Shown here in pieces: positions 37,952 through 48,479 of a stretch of DNA of 48,479 bases. Source of the DNA: Octopus bimaculoides (Eukaryota). The stretch's first letter is position 1. Every line of letters starts with the position of its first letter. The notes beneath the pieces were generated by a model. It searched no databases. It was not told where the DNA came from and was given only the letters and a program-made list of their open reading frames with translations. Location: NCBI RefSeq assembly GCF_001194135.2, contig NC_068987.1, positions 26,222,866 through 26,271,344 of the forward strand, given 5' to 3'. A program made the translations under genes and the position numbers.

Positions 37952-38048
37952 TAACAACAACAAAATCAACAAGAACAAGAAAATCAACAGGAACAACAAC
38001 AAGAAAATCAACAGGAACAACAACAAAATCAACAGCAGCAGCAACAAC
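37952..38048. repeat. AAC-based ~21-24 bp minisatellite (AAAATCAACAGGAACAACAACAAG-like, ~4 units)
   Basis: AAAATCAACA recurs four times. Confidence 0.8.
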
Positions 38049-38559
38049 ACACACATATACGTATATGTATATGTGTACATGTAGAACGGCCCTTGCTGTC
38101 TCAACTGTCTCAGAGGAAAGATTCTCCTTTTGATGTATGAGAAAAAAACAAAACAAAGACAAAAAAAAAAAACACGCAGCTGGGTTATGAATAACGCCAT
38201 CGGATTCTAAGACACTGTTTCAGCCTTCTAACATCTAATCCGTCGTTCATAGAACAATACGAGCTGTCGTTTTTATATGGAAACAGCAAAATGTAATATT
38301 TTCTGACGTGCGGTAAGATTTGTTAAGCTGAAAATAATTAATTGAAGATACACTAAGCATCAATGATTGAAATAAAGATGTGTAGATTTCTATTTTACAA
38401 TGAAACGGCAACTGTCCAAGAGGTAAAATTCCCACGCGGGGCTTGGTTATAAATGACTTTGGACTGTAATTGACATATTTCTGCATAGTTACGCATAGTT
38501 ACACTTTATCAATTACAGACGCCAAATTTGTGGATCATACTTCCCTAAAAATTGCCGTA

Positions 38560-39420
38560 AGTTGTTGAGGGGTAGTTTGTGTTTTTCATCTTAATTGCTT
38601 CTTTAAACCGCAGGTTACTGATGTGATGTGTGGAGTGCGATATCCTTGTTGATGTTCTTGTATTTGTCAAAAGTTTTCTCGCATGGATAATACGCGCATG
38701 TGAATGCCTATGTAATATTCACCGCATCAGGTACATTTGACCAGGTACACGACGTAGGTTCGAAAGCGTGTATCTGCTTTGCAGATGGTGCATTTGACCA
38801 ATGGACATAGATTATTGTCAGGGTGGAGCCGTTCCTTTCATAGGTACTTTTGTAGAGAATACCCTGAGTATGCAAGCTGTATATTTACCTTTCCGATATG
38901 TTTGGCCTTGCGGGTAGCAGCAGTGTCACTTTCGATGACGTGGCAATTCAAGTTAACAGGTGTTGGAAGACTTCTACTTGGTGCTATGAGAGCGACTAGT
39001 AATGGATGCAGGGTATCGGCCGACTTCCAGTGTCTTCTGGAACAGATGCAGTATGTATGACCTCCATATCCTGTCTTGATATATCTTTATTAGATGCGTA
39101 TGAGCTCGTCTTGAAAGTACACAGTCTTAGCACATGCATACTGCAGTGATGTGCAGAGGAAAAGTTGGTACTGATGTCACCGTTCTCAATGACTGATTGA
39201 AAAGTCAAATACGGGTAAGGATCCAGTGTCGTAGGTGTCCTTAATGCTGAAATTTTTGTTTTCATCTATGTTGGTAAATACTTCAAATATTGTGTGAGCT
39301 TGTCCAATGGAAGATGTGAGAAGGACATGTTAATCATATATGTTGGTAAAGAAGGTGCAGACGTAGTAGGTGTTGAGCACTCAAAACAATATGAAGCCTC
39401 GAGTACCACCTCTCTGTACA
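38560..39420 (-). mobile_element. Penelope-like element remnant: RT C-terminal/thumb + CxxC linker + GIY-YIG endonuclease
   Basis: FTNIDENKNFSIK..GSLPVFDF (RT6-7), YFQDELIRI..GY, CTIC, YVVYLVKCT*CGEYYIG (GIY-YIG), LRFKEAIKMKN. Confidence 0.8.
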
Positions 39421-40119
39421 CATGGTCTTTGACCATCACATACAGAGAAGGAGCATGTCATCTCAGCAAATAGAATTCTCTCTTGTTCGTTTACACTCTT
39501 AAAGAGAGGTATTTAACCCGAAATATCAAAACTAAACAAACATTTACATATTTAATGAGATGTACTTAGGTAAGTGTATATTTATGTGTATTGACGCTAA
39601 TTTACTTACCTGACAAAACACACGAGAGTAGATGCGCTCATCCCTTTTTATACCAATGTGTATATATCTGCTCTCGTAGTTCTGTCTTTTAGATCTTCAC
39701 ATAAACACACATAAATACGTACAAATGTTTATATGTATATAAGTATGTGCCTACATATGAAGAAAAGATTTATGTCTTTGTAAAAAATGCATTTGGAGAT
39801 TAACATGTGTAATTCCACCCAGAAGATGTGTATGCAATCAACCAGTATCTGTAGATATAGTGGATGTTTACAGATACTAACTCTTTTCTATCTGTACTAT
39901 TCACCTCCATTCAATATTTACTTTCTCGCTTATCGCTATAAATCACTCAATTTCATATAAACTCTGATACGTTTTATTAGTCTTCAAAGCTCTAACATAA
40001 TATCACTTTAATCATAATAATGATATGTATTATCTTATTAATGACTAAATAAAATCTCATCAATATAATATTTATTTCCTATATCTCTCTATTTATTCAA
40101 CATCTGTATTCCACATCAG

Positions 40120-40565
40120 TTTTATAACTTTGATCGTACACAGTTTGCTATAACCTATATTCCTTAAAATCAACACATCCAGACAAAACCCCCATATTTA
40201 CTTAGCAGGTTAACTACCATATCAACTTCAAAGTGTCACTTGAGCCTATAAATTATCAGCCACCGAGAATTTATAGGCTTCCGCTACTTCCAAGGCCAAA
40301 TCTTTCTGAACTAACAACTTTGGCTGTAAATTCTTCGGTCATTTCCCTAGCATCATCTTCCCCCTTCATTCAACCCCCTCTTCCTTCAAGTGTGCTTCTC
40401 AATTTCCTTCACTTTTCCCTTTCTTTTCCATTTCTTTCTTTCCTCCTTTTCTTCTCTAACATGTTTCTTCAACTTTTTTTTTTACAAAGCTTTACCAACT
40501 TTGAAAAAATCCTCAGGATTGAAGTTGTATTGTAAAGATGTTGGCTTGTCGTTAATAAGTATATA
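40120..40565 (+). repeat. Segment upstream of the PLE RT, homologous to 44436-44920
   Basis: Colinear matches such as CTTAAAATCAACACATC, CCATATCAACTTCAAAGTGTCACTT, CATTTCCCTAGCA; roughly 70% identity by eye. Confidence 0.8.
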
Positions 40566-40639
40566 TATTTAACTTTTCTTCCATAACAACATTAATAAAT
40601 GAACTAGAGTTGAGACCTATATTTACCCAATACTGAAAG

Positions 40640-42010
40640 CAGAAACAGCAAGTCAACGTTTCTACCAAAAATATCGTCATACCTGCTGAAATGTTTACGT
40701 AGAATGCCTAATACTGAAAACAGATAGTTTCATAAAAAAGTATCGTGTGATGCACATTCGCTTTTGATTCTGAAATATTAGTAATAATAATAATTATCAG
40801 AAGACTTAAAAGAAGAAAATTCGTGATATCGAGGACCAAAACCTTACTTACAACCAGTCAGAGCAGACCAAGTATCCTTCATCATATCACGAAAACAAAT
40901 TATCATAGATATCTTTCGTCGGTTATCAACAAAACCCATAAAAAAAAGCAACTGGAACATCCTCAACAAAATTGACAACCAGGGCTAAAGAAACACTCCA
41001 GATTAGATTTATGCATAGATGCTGGAACTGAATCTCCTCAAATAAATCATCACACTTCACTTAATATGTTTTAATAAAAAGCCTGACATTAGATTAATCA
41101 ACCCAAAATATCAGAGAACATTTATTTGATAAAATTATTCTTAAACTATAGAGATCACCCGCTTGACACAGGTAGTGAACGAACAGTAAATATCTTCCGA
41201 AACAAAAACGTTGATGTCTTGTTATAAGTTTTTACAACGAGATATCAAAGACTATTATGCATCTAACCCGAAGACCCTGGGTGTCAAAGCCCTAAACTTT
41301 GCCATATCAAACGCAAACATCACTGAGGAGGAAACAGACATTATCTTACTTGCTTATAAAGTACACATAAACTGCAAGAAATAAACCTGGATTAAAAAAC
41401 AAATATTCAGATATTCTCTTTGATGAGAATGTGAGATTACAGACTCGGTTGAAATCAACGATCTTTGTAGGCCAATATTCATTGACAAACCTAAGAGATA
41501 AATTTTAGCTTATCGAGTGAGGATTACATCATGATGATGGACTTATACTACTACTAAATAACTTCCACTCAGGATACAGACTGACCAAGGAAAAAGTATA
41601 TGCCTTCAAAATTATGAGCCATAATGACCGACTTCTCTACTGTAAATTTCTTAGACATATGGCTTAACGATACCAAATTTGTACAGTCAGTATCATAAAC
41701 TGAATGGAACCTTATCTCACATTCGCTAGAATTTTAACCAGCAAAACATATTATCAATTGCCTAATGAAGAACAACTCAATTTTACTTTCAAACCTTTTG
41801 CTAATCAACAAATGTTTACTGTTTTATTACGATGAAGCTATATTCAGAAGTACATTGAAAGAGATTAAACTGATTCACCAATATCAGCTAGTTACATAGA
41901 TACAAGATAACAAATATCAGTTGCTTCAATCCTGCGTATAACGTAACAATCGAACCCAGCATACTAAAAGCTTTTCAAGCTGTTTTAGAAAAACGTCATA
42001 CCCCATAATG
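40640..42010 (+). mobile_element. Second Penelope-like element: RT remnant of the RLINP/WFNPP type
   Basis: NKKPDIRLINPK (~41073-41107), DIKDYYAS..KALNFA..ITEEETDIIL, DSVEINDL, GLHHDDGL (41521-41544; cf. GLYRDDGL), FNPAYNVTIE..LEKRH (cf. WFNPPY). Confidence 0.8.
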
Positions 42011-42051
42011 AATAATTATTTCTACTCTAGGTACAAAGTCTTGAAAATTTT

Positions 42052-42189
42052 GATATTTATTTCATCAGCCTCGAAAGGATTAAAGGCAAAGTCGACCTCA
42101 GCGGAATTTGAACTCAAAACGTCAAGACAGACGAAATACCATTAAGTATTTCGCCCGGCGTGCTAACGATTCTGCCAGCTCACCGCCTT
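42052..42189 (-). mobile_element. SINE family C 5' half
   Basis: Minus strand AAGGCGGTGAGCTGGCAGAATCGTTAGCACGCCGGGCG..TGAGTTCAAATTCCGCTGAGGTCGACTTTGCCTTTAATCCTTTCG. Confidence 0.9.
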
Positions 42190-42217
42190 GCCGCAGCATA
42201 AATAATACTTAGCAGCG

Positions 42218-42319
42218 TTTCGGGGTCGATAAAATAAGTACTAGCTGAGTTCTGGGGTTAATGTAATCAATTTACTCCCTCCCACGAAATTGCTGGCCTT
42301 GTGTCAAAATTTGAAACCA
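42218..42319 (+). mobile_element. SINE family C 3' half
   Basis: TTTCGGGGTCGATAAAATAAGTAC..CTGGGGTTAATGTAATC..GGCCTTGTGTCAAAATTTGAAACCA. Confidence 0.8.
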
Positions 42320-42584
42320 CTATGTAAAATACCTGTGTCTATAACAGTATTTATTAGACTTGATCCTCGATAGAAATATCTAGGTAACCATATTTTGATT
42401 TCAACATATATTTGACATATATTTACATATATTTGATGAAAATCAAATATCCAATATATTTCTACATACAAGAATTGTCCTGAAATTAGTGCAAAACTAG
42501 CCATAGTTTTTTAGAAACTGGCATAAGTTGTTCAAATTGCACACTCTGGCAGAGTAATTCTTACTATTTACAAAGGTACTTACA

Positions 42585-43545
42585 CAACGTAATCTTCATC
42601 CACATCACAAGCGATGCACTTGCACCATTGCAGAACCCACCTCTCGATTTCTCTTTGAAATAATTCAGGTATGCATTACTGTGCTATCGTCTTACAGTCT
42701 ATTTCACCTCATCTGTATTATTAGATCGTTGCCCCCCGAAGATTGATTTTTCTTGGACCGAACAGATGGAAAATGGAGGACACTAGATTCGGTCCGTATG
42801 GATCTCTAGATTTGTTGCCAAATAGGTATGCAGTAGTGCATTGGTTATTGTAAATATGAATAGTCTTCAGATTCTTGTTCGGTATTTTCCTCGTAACGGA
42901 TTTTCTAAGCCTTTTGAGTGTCTCAATACACTGCTTGCTGTTCAAGGCACCATCATGTTCCAAAAAATGAAGCAAAATGACGCCTTTGTCATCTTCAAAA
43001 GCAATTGCAGTGACTCTCTGTGCTAATCTCTGGTTCTAGAATTTCTTAGAACTTGGAGAAAAGGTGTAATAGCATTCCATGAACTGAACCTTTGTTTCCG
43101 GATTTTTAAGATACGACCACGTTTCATCCTCGATTACCTGATCGGATAAAACCTGTCTTCATTGGCTTCAAACGTTTTCAATTGATTAAACTAGACTTTC
43201 GCATTTCTGTCCTTCAAATCGGGTATCGACTGCTGAGATGCTTTCTTTGCACACGCTTTCCTGTATTCAAAGTTCTTCTACTCTCTTATGTACGACATTG
43301 TGATCACATTCCAGTTGTGCTCACGGATTGTGACTCGTCTGACCGCTCGAATCAAATCGCCCACTCGCTGGCAATACGTTTCAGCGGTCGCAGTCGACAG
43401 TCTTCCACGGCGCGGTTTGTCTTGGAAGGCCTTTTCGTCTTCCGTAAACTTCTTCATCCATCGGTGTAGATTGTTTTTGTCAATGATACCATATCCGTAA
43501 ACAACCTGTGGTCGTCTGTGGATGTCGGACAGTCTGCACGCGTGG
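42585..43545 (-). mobile_element. mariner (DD34D-type) transposase pseudogene, 5' end disrupted by (CA)n/gap
   Basis: DIHRRPQVVYG..RWMKKF..DKPRRGRLSTA..RRVTIRE (HTH), EYRKACAK, IEDETW, KGVILLHFLEH..LKRLRK, PYGPNLVSSIFHLFGP (cf. YSPDLAPSDFHLFG), WCKCI..DYV. Many stops and frameshifts. Confidence 0.9.
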
Positions 43546-43547
43546 AT

Positions 43548-43549
<2 letters not shown>

Positions 43550-43613
<64 letters not shown>

Positions 43614-43937
43614 NNNNNNNNNNNNNNNNNNNNNNNNNNNNNNNNNNNNNNNNNNNNNNNNNNNNNNNNNNNNNNNNNNNNNNNNNNNNNNNNNNNNNNN
43701 NNNNNNNNNNNNNNNNNNNNNNNNNNNNNNNNNNNNNNNNNNNNNNNNNNNNNNNNNNNNNNNNNNNNNNNNNNNNNNNNNNNNNNNNNNNNNNNNNNNN
43801 NNNNNNNNNNNNNNNNNNNNNNNNNNNNNNNNNNNNNNNNNNNNNNNNNNNNNNNNNNNNNNNNNNNNNNNNNNNNNNNNNNNNNNNNNNNNNNNNNNNN
43901 NNNNNNNNNNNNNNNNNNNNNNNNNNNNNNNNNNNNN

Positions 43938-43988
<51 letters not shown>
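43550..43988. repeat. (CA)n - gap - (GA)n microsatellites
   Basis: Direct reading. Confidence 0.97.
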
Positions 43989-43989
<1 letters not shown>

Positions 43990-43990
<1 letters not shown>

Positions 43991-44094
43991 TAGTCCACTG
44001 AACCAGATTTGAACTCAGAATGCTGGGAACCAGAGCTAATACTGCAAGGAATGCTATCTGACACAGCGACTGTTCTACCCATTCCACCGCCTTT
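43990..44094 (-). mobile_element. SINE family C head, decayed
   Basis: Minus strand AAGGCGGTGGAATGGGTAGAACAGTCG..CATTCTGAGTTCAAATC. Confidence 0.65.
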
Positions 44095-44274
44095 CATACT
44101 CCTGGTACTGTGTATGCAATCATATTTCAGTCAATACCTGTAAGTGTATGCTTCATTCCCCTCTACTTTCTTTTCTGTTGACTTTCAACTTCCATCTTTT
44201 TTTCACTCCTAACCCTATAAGCTAGTCACATACTCAATACATAATACTTTCTATCGGTCCTCAAACTTCTTTCA

Positions 44275-44335
44275 ACTGGTACCAATTTAATCGACCCCAA
44301 AAGGAAGAAAGGCAAAGTCGCCCCTCAGTGGCATG
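44275..44335 (-). mobile_element. SINE family C internal fragment
   Basis: Plus reading ACTGGTACCAATTTAATCGACCCCAAAAGGAAGAAAGGCAAAGTCG. Confidence 0.7.
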
Positions 44336-44435
44336 ACCGATATATTAACATCGTGTTCATATACAAATAATATATGAACAGTATGATCGTAAATTCCTAT
44401 ATATTTTTCTGCTTTCCTTACAACTACATACAACA

Positions 44436-44920
44436 GTTTTATAATTTCGATCATACATCGTTTGCTTTAACCTACATTTCTTAAAATCAACACATCTAAA
44501 CAAAGACTACATACTTATCTGGTTAACAACCATATCAACTTCAAAGTGTCACTTTTGCCCATAAATTATTAGCCACAGATAATTTATAGACTTTCTTCAC
44601 CACTTTAGAGATCGAAATCATCCTGAACCAACAACTTCGCCTGTAGATTCTACGATCATTTCCCTAGCAACGTCTTTACTTCTTCCACTCCCTTTCCATT
44701 TAACGGCGTTTCTCTTCTTTCTTCCCTTTTCTCCCCTCCTCTCTTTCTACCTTCTACTTTCAAGCTTTCCCTTTCCCAATTTTCCTTTCTATCTCTCATA
44801 CTCTCTAACTTATTTCAACAACTCATGGTACAGTGCTTCAGTAGCTTTAAGAAAATCCGAAGATTTAAACGGTGTTAGAAAACTGTTATCTAGTCATTTA
44901 TAAGAAATATATTTTACATT
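44436..44920 (+). repeat. Second copy of the PLE-associated segment 40120-40565
   Basis: See the shared blocks listed for 40120-40565. Confidence 0.8.
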
Positions 44921-45191
44921 CCGATATATTGAATACCATATTCAAAGGAACAAACACACATGACTATATATATATACATATACACGATTAGTATTGACTG
45001 TAGGAAAAAGGCTACTCGATACCAAAGAAGAGATTAATACTATTTTATTTTGGTTGAGCCAGTTTCTTTCTACTTCGAGATTCTCCAGTGTGTGCACATG
45101 TTCTTCAAGCAATCGAAACTTGCCTGGAGACTGTGCACCAACAGGTAAAACTCAGAGTAGCGAGAGATTGACTCTACCCGAGTAAAAATAT

Positions 45192-45305
45192 CACACACAC
45201 ACACACACACACACATGCACACACATGCACATTCACACACACGAACACACGCACACACACACACGCACACACATGCATATATACACACACACACTCTCTC
45301 TCTTT
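45192..45305. repeat. (CA)n-rich microsatellite
   Basis: Direct reading. Confidence 0.9.
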
Positions 45306-45789
45306 CAAACATCAGATATATTCGCTATTTGCTACTGGAAAGTGGTCAAGCTATTTGGAAAGAAACTACACACACACACTCAAAAATATATACATTTATA
45401 AACAGTTTTGTGCGTGCACACACATGTGCAAACATACACAGGTGCACTCGCATGTAAGAAACACGCACAAGCACATTTGTATATAACAAACGTACACGTC
45501 TTATGAACGTGCGTGCGCACACGCGTGGTTGTGCGTAAGTGTGCACACGCGCTTGTTAATGATTCGCATCTGAAAGATCCCAAACGTGATTTACACCTGA
45601 ATGAATCTAGGTTATGCCGAAGCAAATCATTAATCTAGTGTGTTATGGAATTTTCTATCTCAGTACGTACACTTAAACTTCTCGTATTCTTTCTGTATAA
45701 CCGTCATGATTACATCACAGCACCACCAACGTCGCCGCAACTGAAAAGCTCTGACTATTGTGAATGGCACAATTATATTACGCATTTCC

Positions 45790-46080
45790 GTTGTTCGGGT
45801 GATGCACTTACGATCGCAAGATCATGGTTTCAATTCCCAGGCCGGGAATTCTTGAGCAAAACACTTCTTGAGCAAAACACTTCATTTCATTTTGTTCCAC
45901 TTCATTTAGCTTCAAATAGGTAAGCCCACGAGAAGACAAGCGTACTGTTTAGTGGGAAACGTTGGCTCGCTAGGTTTGCTAGTCTAGCCGACGGGATGGC
46001 ATCGTCGTTCACCATGGAAGAAGGCACATTGTGGCCAGCGGTGTATTACAATATCCGATAGTCTAGTCGTTGCAGTGATA
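45790..46080 (+). mobile_element. tRNA-derived SINE (family B-like head), decayed
   Basis: CACTTACGATCGCAAGATCATGGTTTCAATTCCCAGGCCGG, a tandem duplication of TTCTTGAGCAAAACAC, then TTCATTTCATTTTGTTCCAC. Confidence 0.6.
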
Positions 46081-46307
46081 TAAGTTGTGTAGATATTAGA
46101 TTATCTATTTCCCATACACAGGACAAAAGCTTATTAAAACTATTGCCTAAAAATGTAGATCAACCAAAATTTTCATTGAATCATTTACCCATAGAAACTA
46201 TTAAGCCCTCTTTATTCTTCCGTTTGTCTACATTACACAAAGGCTTAGCTGACCAAAATGTTGATGTCATTAAGAACAACATTTCTGAATAAGAATAATA
46301 CACAAAC

Positions 46308-46452
46308 ATACATAAATACAAACACACATATTTACATACACACACATACATATATGTATACGAGTGTGTGTGTGTGCTTGTGTGCATGTGTGTGTGTGAG
46401 TGTGTGCATATATATATATATATATATGCACACACTCACACACACACACATA
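46308..46452. repeat. (CA)/(TG)/(TA) compound microsatellite
   Basis: Direct reading. Confidence 0.9.
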
Positions 46453-46635
46453 TTAAGTTTAAAAGTATAGTTAATCCTGACGATTACCGCGTTCCTTCTN
46501 NNNNNNNNNNNNNNNNNNNNNNNNNNNNNNNNNNNNNNNNNNNNNNNNNNNNNNNNNNNNNNNNNNNNNNNNNNNNNNNNNNNNNNNNNNNNNNNNNNNN
46601 NNNNNNNNNNNNNNNNNNNNNNNNNNNNNNNNNNN

Positions 46636-46680
46636 TACATTTTTTTCTACATTTTTTCTACATTTTTTCTACATTTTTTC
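46636..46680. repeat. TACATTTTTTC tandem repeat (4 units) emerging from a gap
   Basis: Direct reading. Confidence 0.85.
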
Positions 46681-47001
46681 GTGCAGCTGAAGATTGCTCT
46701 TCATATTGCATTTAAGGTAATGCTCACATTACTTAAATAAATTGAAGTAGCATGAAACGTGCGTACTGCAATCACTTTTGAAATCCGTGTTGCTTATTAT
46801 TTGATTTTAATCACCCATCCTTTTGGGATGTGATATTCGGGTGCCTTCGCATAAGTACCATATTCAAGCCTTGAATCTCTATATATATATATATATATAA
46901 AGTAACAAACTGAGAAAATGAAATCCTTCATAGGGGTGTATTAAACATCAAGTTCACTGGTACTTCAGTTGGATACCATATGAATATTGGTATAATTCAA
47001 T

Positions 47002-47394
47002 TATAAAGATAAATTTAATATAGAAGTATTCTACTGACGATCCATCCAATAATTTATTTATATTACAATATTACATTAAATACTATGAATATAATATATA
47101 ACATAACAATATTATATAAATAATTATAAAAACCGTAAAAGGACAACAAATTGTTTCTGAACCAAAGATCCTGAAGTGACTTTCTATAATGGAACTGTGA
47201 TTATGTATGTCAGAAAAAAACATATATATATATAAGTCGAAACAATTTGTTGGCCTTTTACGATTTTTATAATATTTATATAATATTGTTATGTTATATA
47301 TCATATTCATAGTATTTAATGTAATAATATTGTAATATAAATAAATTATTGGATCGTCAATAAAATATCTCTATATTTGATTTATCTTTACATA
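47002..47394. mobile_element. AT-rich fold-back/MITE-like element with ~155 bp inverted arms
   Basis: Arm 47002-47157 matches the reverse complement of 47239-47394 (e.g. TGACGATCC..CAATAATTTAT..TTACATTAAATACTATGAATAT..CGTAAAAGG.CAACAAATTGTTTC). The spacer is ~81 bp. Confidence 0.8.
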
Positions 47395-47600
47395 TATGTA
47401 CATATATACACACACACACGCACACACACGTAGACTTAATCTGTTCCTTCAACATGAACGCAACATTCAAAATACTGCCCATATTATGCCTATTTTACCT
47501 GGGATTATACTTAAGGATCTATACCTTCACGGAAATGCGGACCATCCCCCATATCCTCTGGAAGGTGAGCTGTGTACTTTATTCTCTTGTCTGCATTCTC

Positions 47601-47601
<1 letters not shown>

Positions 47602-47667
<66 letters not shown>

Positions 47668-47668
47668 C
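47602..47668. repeat. (CTAT)n microsatellite
   Basis: Direct reading. Confidence 0.97.
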
Positions 47669-47874
47669 CGTTTTACTCTTTATTCTTCTACCTACTATTT
47701 TATACCTTTATAAACTGTGAATTCCCTTTCATACATACTCATTTTGTCTCTGATGACGGGATACCAAGCGTAAGGGGATGCTAACTTATCACTTGAGATA
47801 TCCCAGAAACAGCTGTAAGACATCCAATTAAATAATTAATTAATTAGTTAATTAATTAATTAATTACTTCAAAT

Positions 47875-48406
47875 TCACAAAGAGTTTTGTTGGTCTCTCG
47901 CTCAACTACGCCCCATATATAATAATCAAGGGGGTTGCAGTCTGGAGAGTTAGGTGTGATGTGGTCGCGGAAATTGTTTGACTGCCATGACTGGGTTTCT
48001 CCAGCTTCTGTAGCACGGTACAGAGTCCTGTTACCAGATACAGTGTCTTCCAGCAGCCACCCTCTTGACCCAGGGCAGCTCTACCTCCTCCAGGCACTTG
48101 ATGTGGGACTCTGTGTTGAGTCTGAAGCCATGTCGGAAGATGAATGGAGACATAACGTCGCTATCACTAGTGATCACTGCAAACGCTATGATGTTGATTG
48201 GTTGTTTGATTTTTATCATCCTCAGATTTCACTCTCCTCAGATTGACACTCAAGTACTCTGAAATGTTCGTATTGGAGCTTCCGGCGCGAATGTCAAGTA
48301 CTTCAGTATGTCGTTTTCAAATTTATAGCAGAGTGAATTGCGTTGTGGTGCCCAACTGACCCTACTATACTGTGCGAAACTGAAAATATAAAATGGTGAC
48401 AATTTA
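47875..48406 (-). mobile_element. Tc1/mariner-superfamily (maT/DD37D-like) internally deleted transposon
   Basis: N-terminal IRAGSSNTNISEYLSVNLRR joined directly to KQPINIIAFAVITSDSDVMSPFIFRHGFRLNTESHIKCLEEVELPW..W*QDSVP..ITPNSPDCNPLDYYIWGVVERETN; the third catalytic residue is D (NPLD). Confidence 0.85.
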
Positions 48407-48429
48407 CCCATCGCATCCTCTATGTTTGG

Positions 48430-48438
48430 ATATATATA

Positions 48439-48479
<41 letters not shown>
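48430..48479. repeat. (TA)n microsatellite
   Basis: Direct reading. Confidence 0.95.

Noticed and set aside
38727-38729. In-frame TGA in the GIY-YIG CxxC region as possible selenocysteine
   Set aside because: The TGA occupies an X position (C-T-*-C), not a Cys position. It is consistent with CGA>TGA decay, and the element has many other stops.

Overview
This is repeat-dense, AT-rich animal genomic DNA with 11 N-gaps, and I can support no host protein-coding gene, intact tRNA/rRNA gene or CRISPR array in it. The SINE families, the extreme microsatellite load and the gap pattern suggest an octopus (coleoid cephalopod) scaffold; that assignment is inference from recall, not a database search. 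Almost all long ORFs in the supplied track are microsatellite or N read-throughs. The recognisable content is decayed mobile DNA: at least five R4/Dong-type RLE non-LTR fragments, a Jockey/CR1-type RT fragment, two Penelope-like elements (PLEs), a deletion-riddled Gypsy element, a mariner, a maT/DD37D-like Tc1 deletion derivative, a pogo-type MITE, an AT-rich fold-back element and three tRNA-derived SINE families. The most interesting leads are: (1) a 5S rRNA-derived head fused directly to the 3' tail of the local tRNA-SINE family at 29885-30036, a candidate 5S-derived SINE or template-switch chimera; (2) minimal hammerhead-ribozyme motifs of PLE type, with two well-formed, divergently oriented ones at ~9.3 and ~9.8 kb; (3) a (TAA)n-anchored stack of Dong pieces plus an unexplained ~515 bp non-coding element at 14.0-15.6 kb; and (4) a SINE with twin-priming-like inversion geometry at 42.05-42.32 kb. 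All alignments were done by eye and coordinates of decayed elements are approximate.
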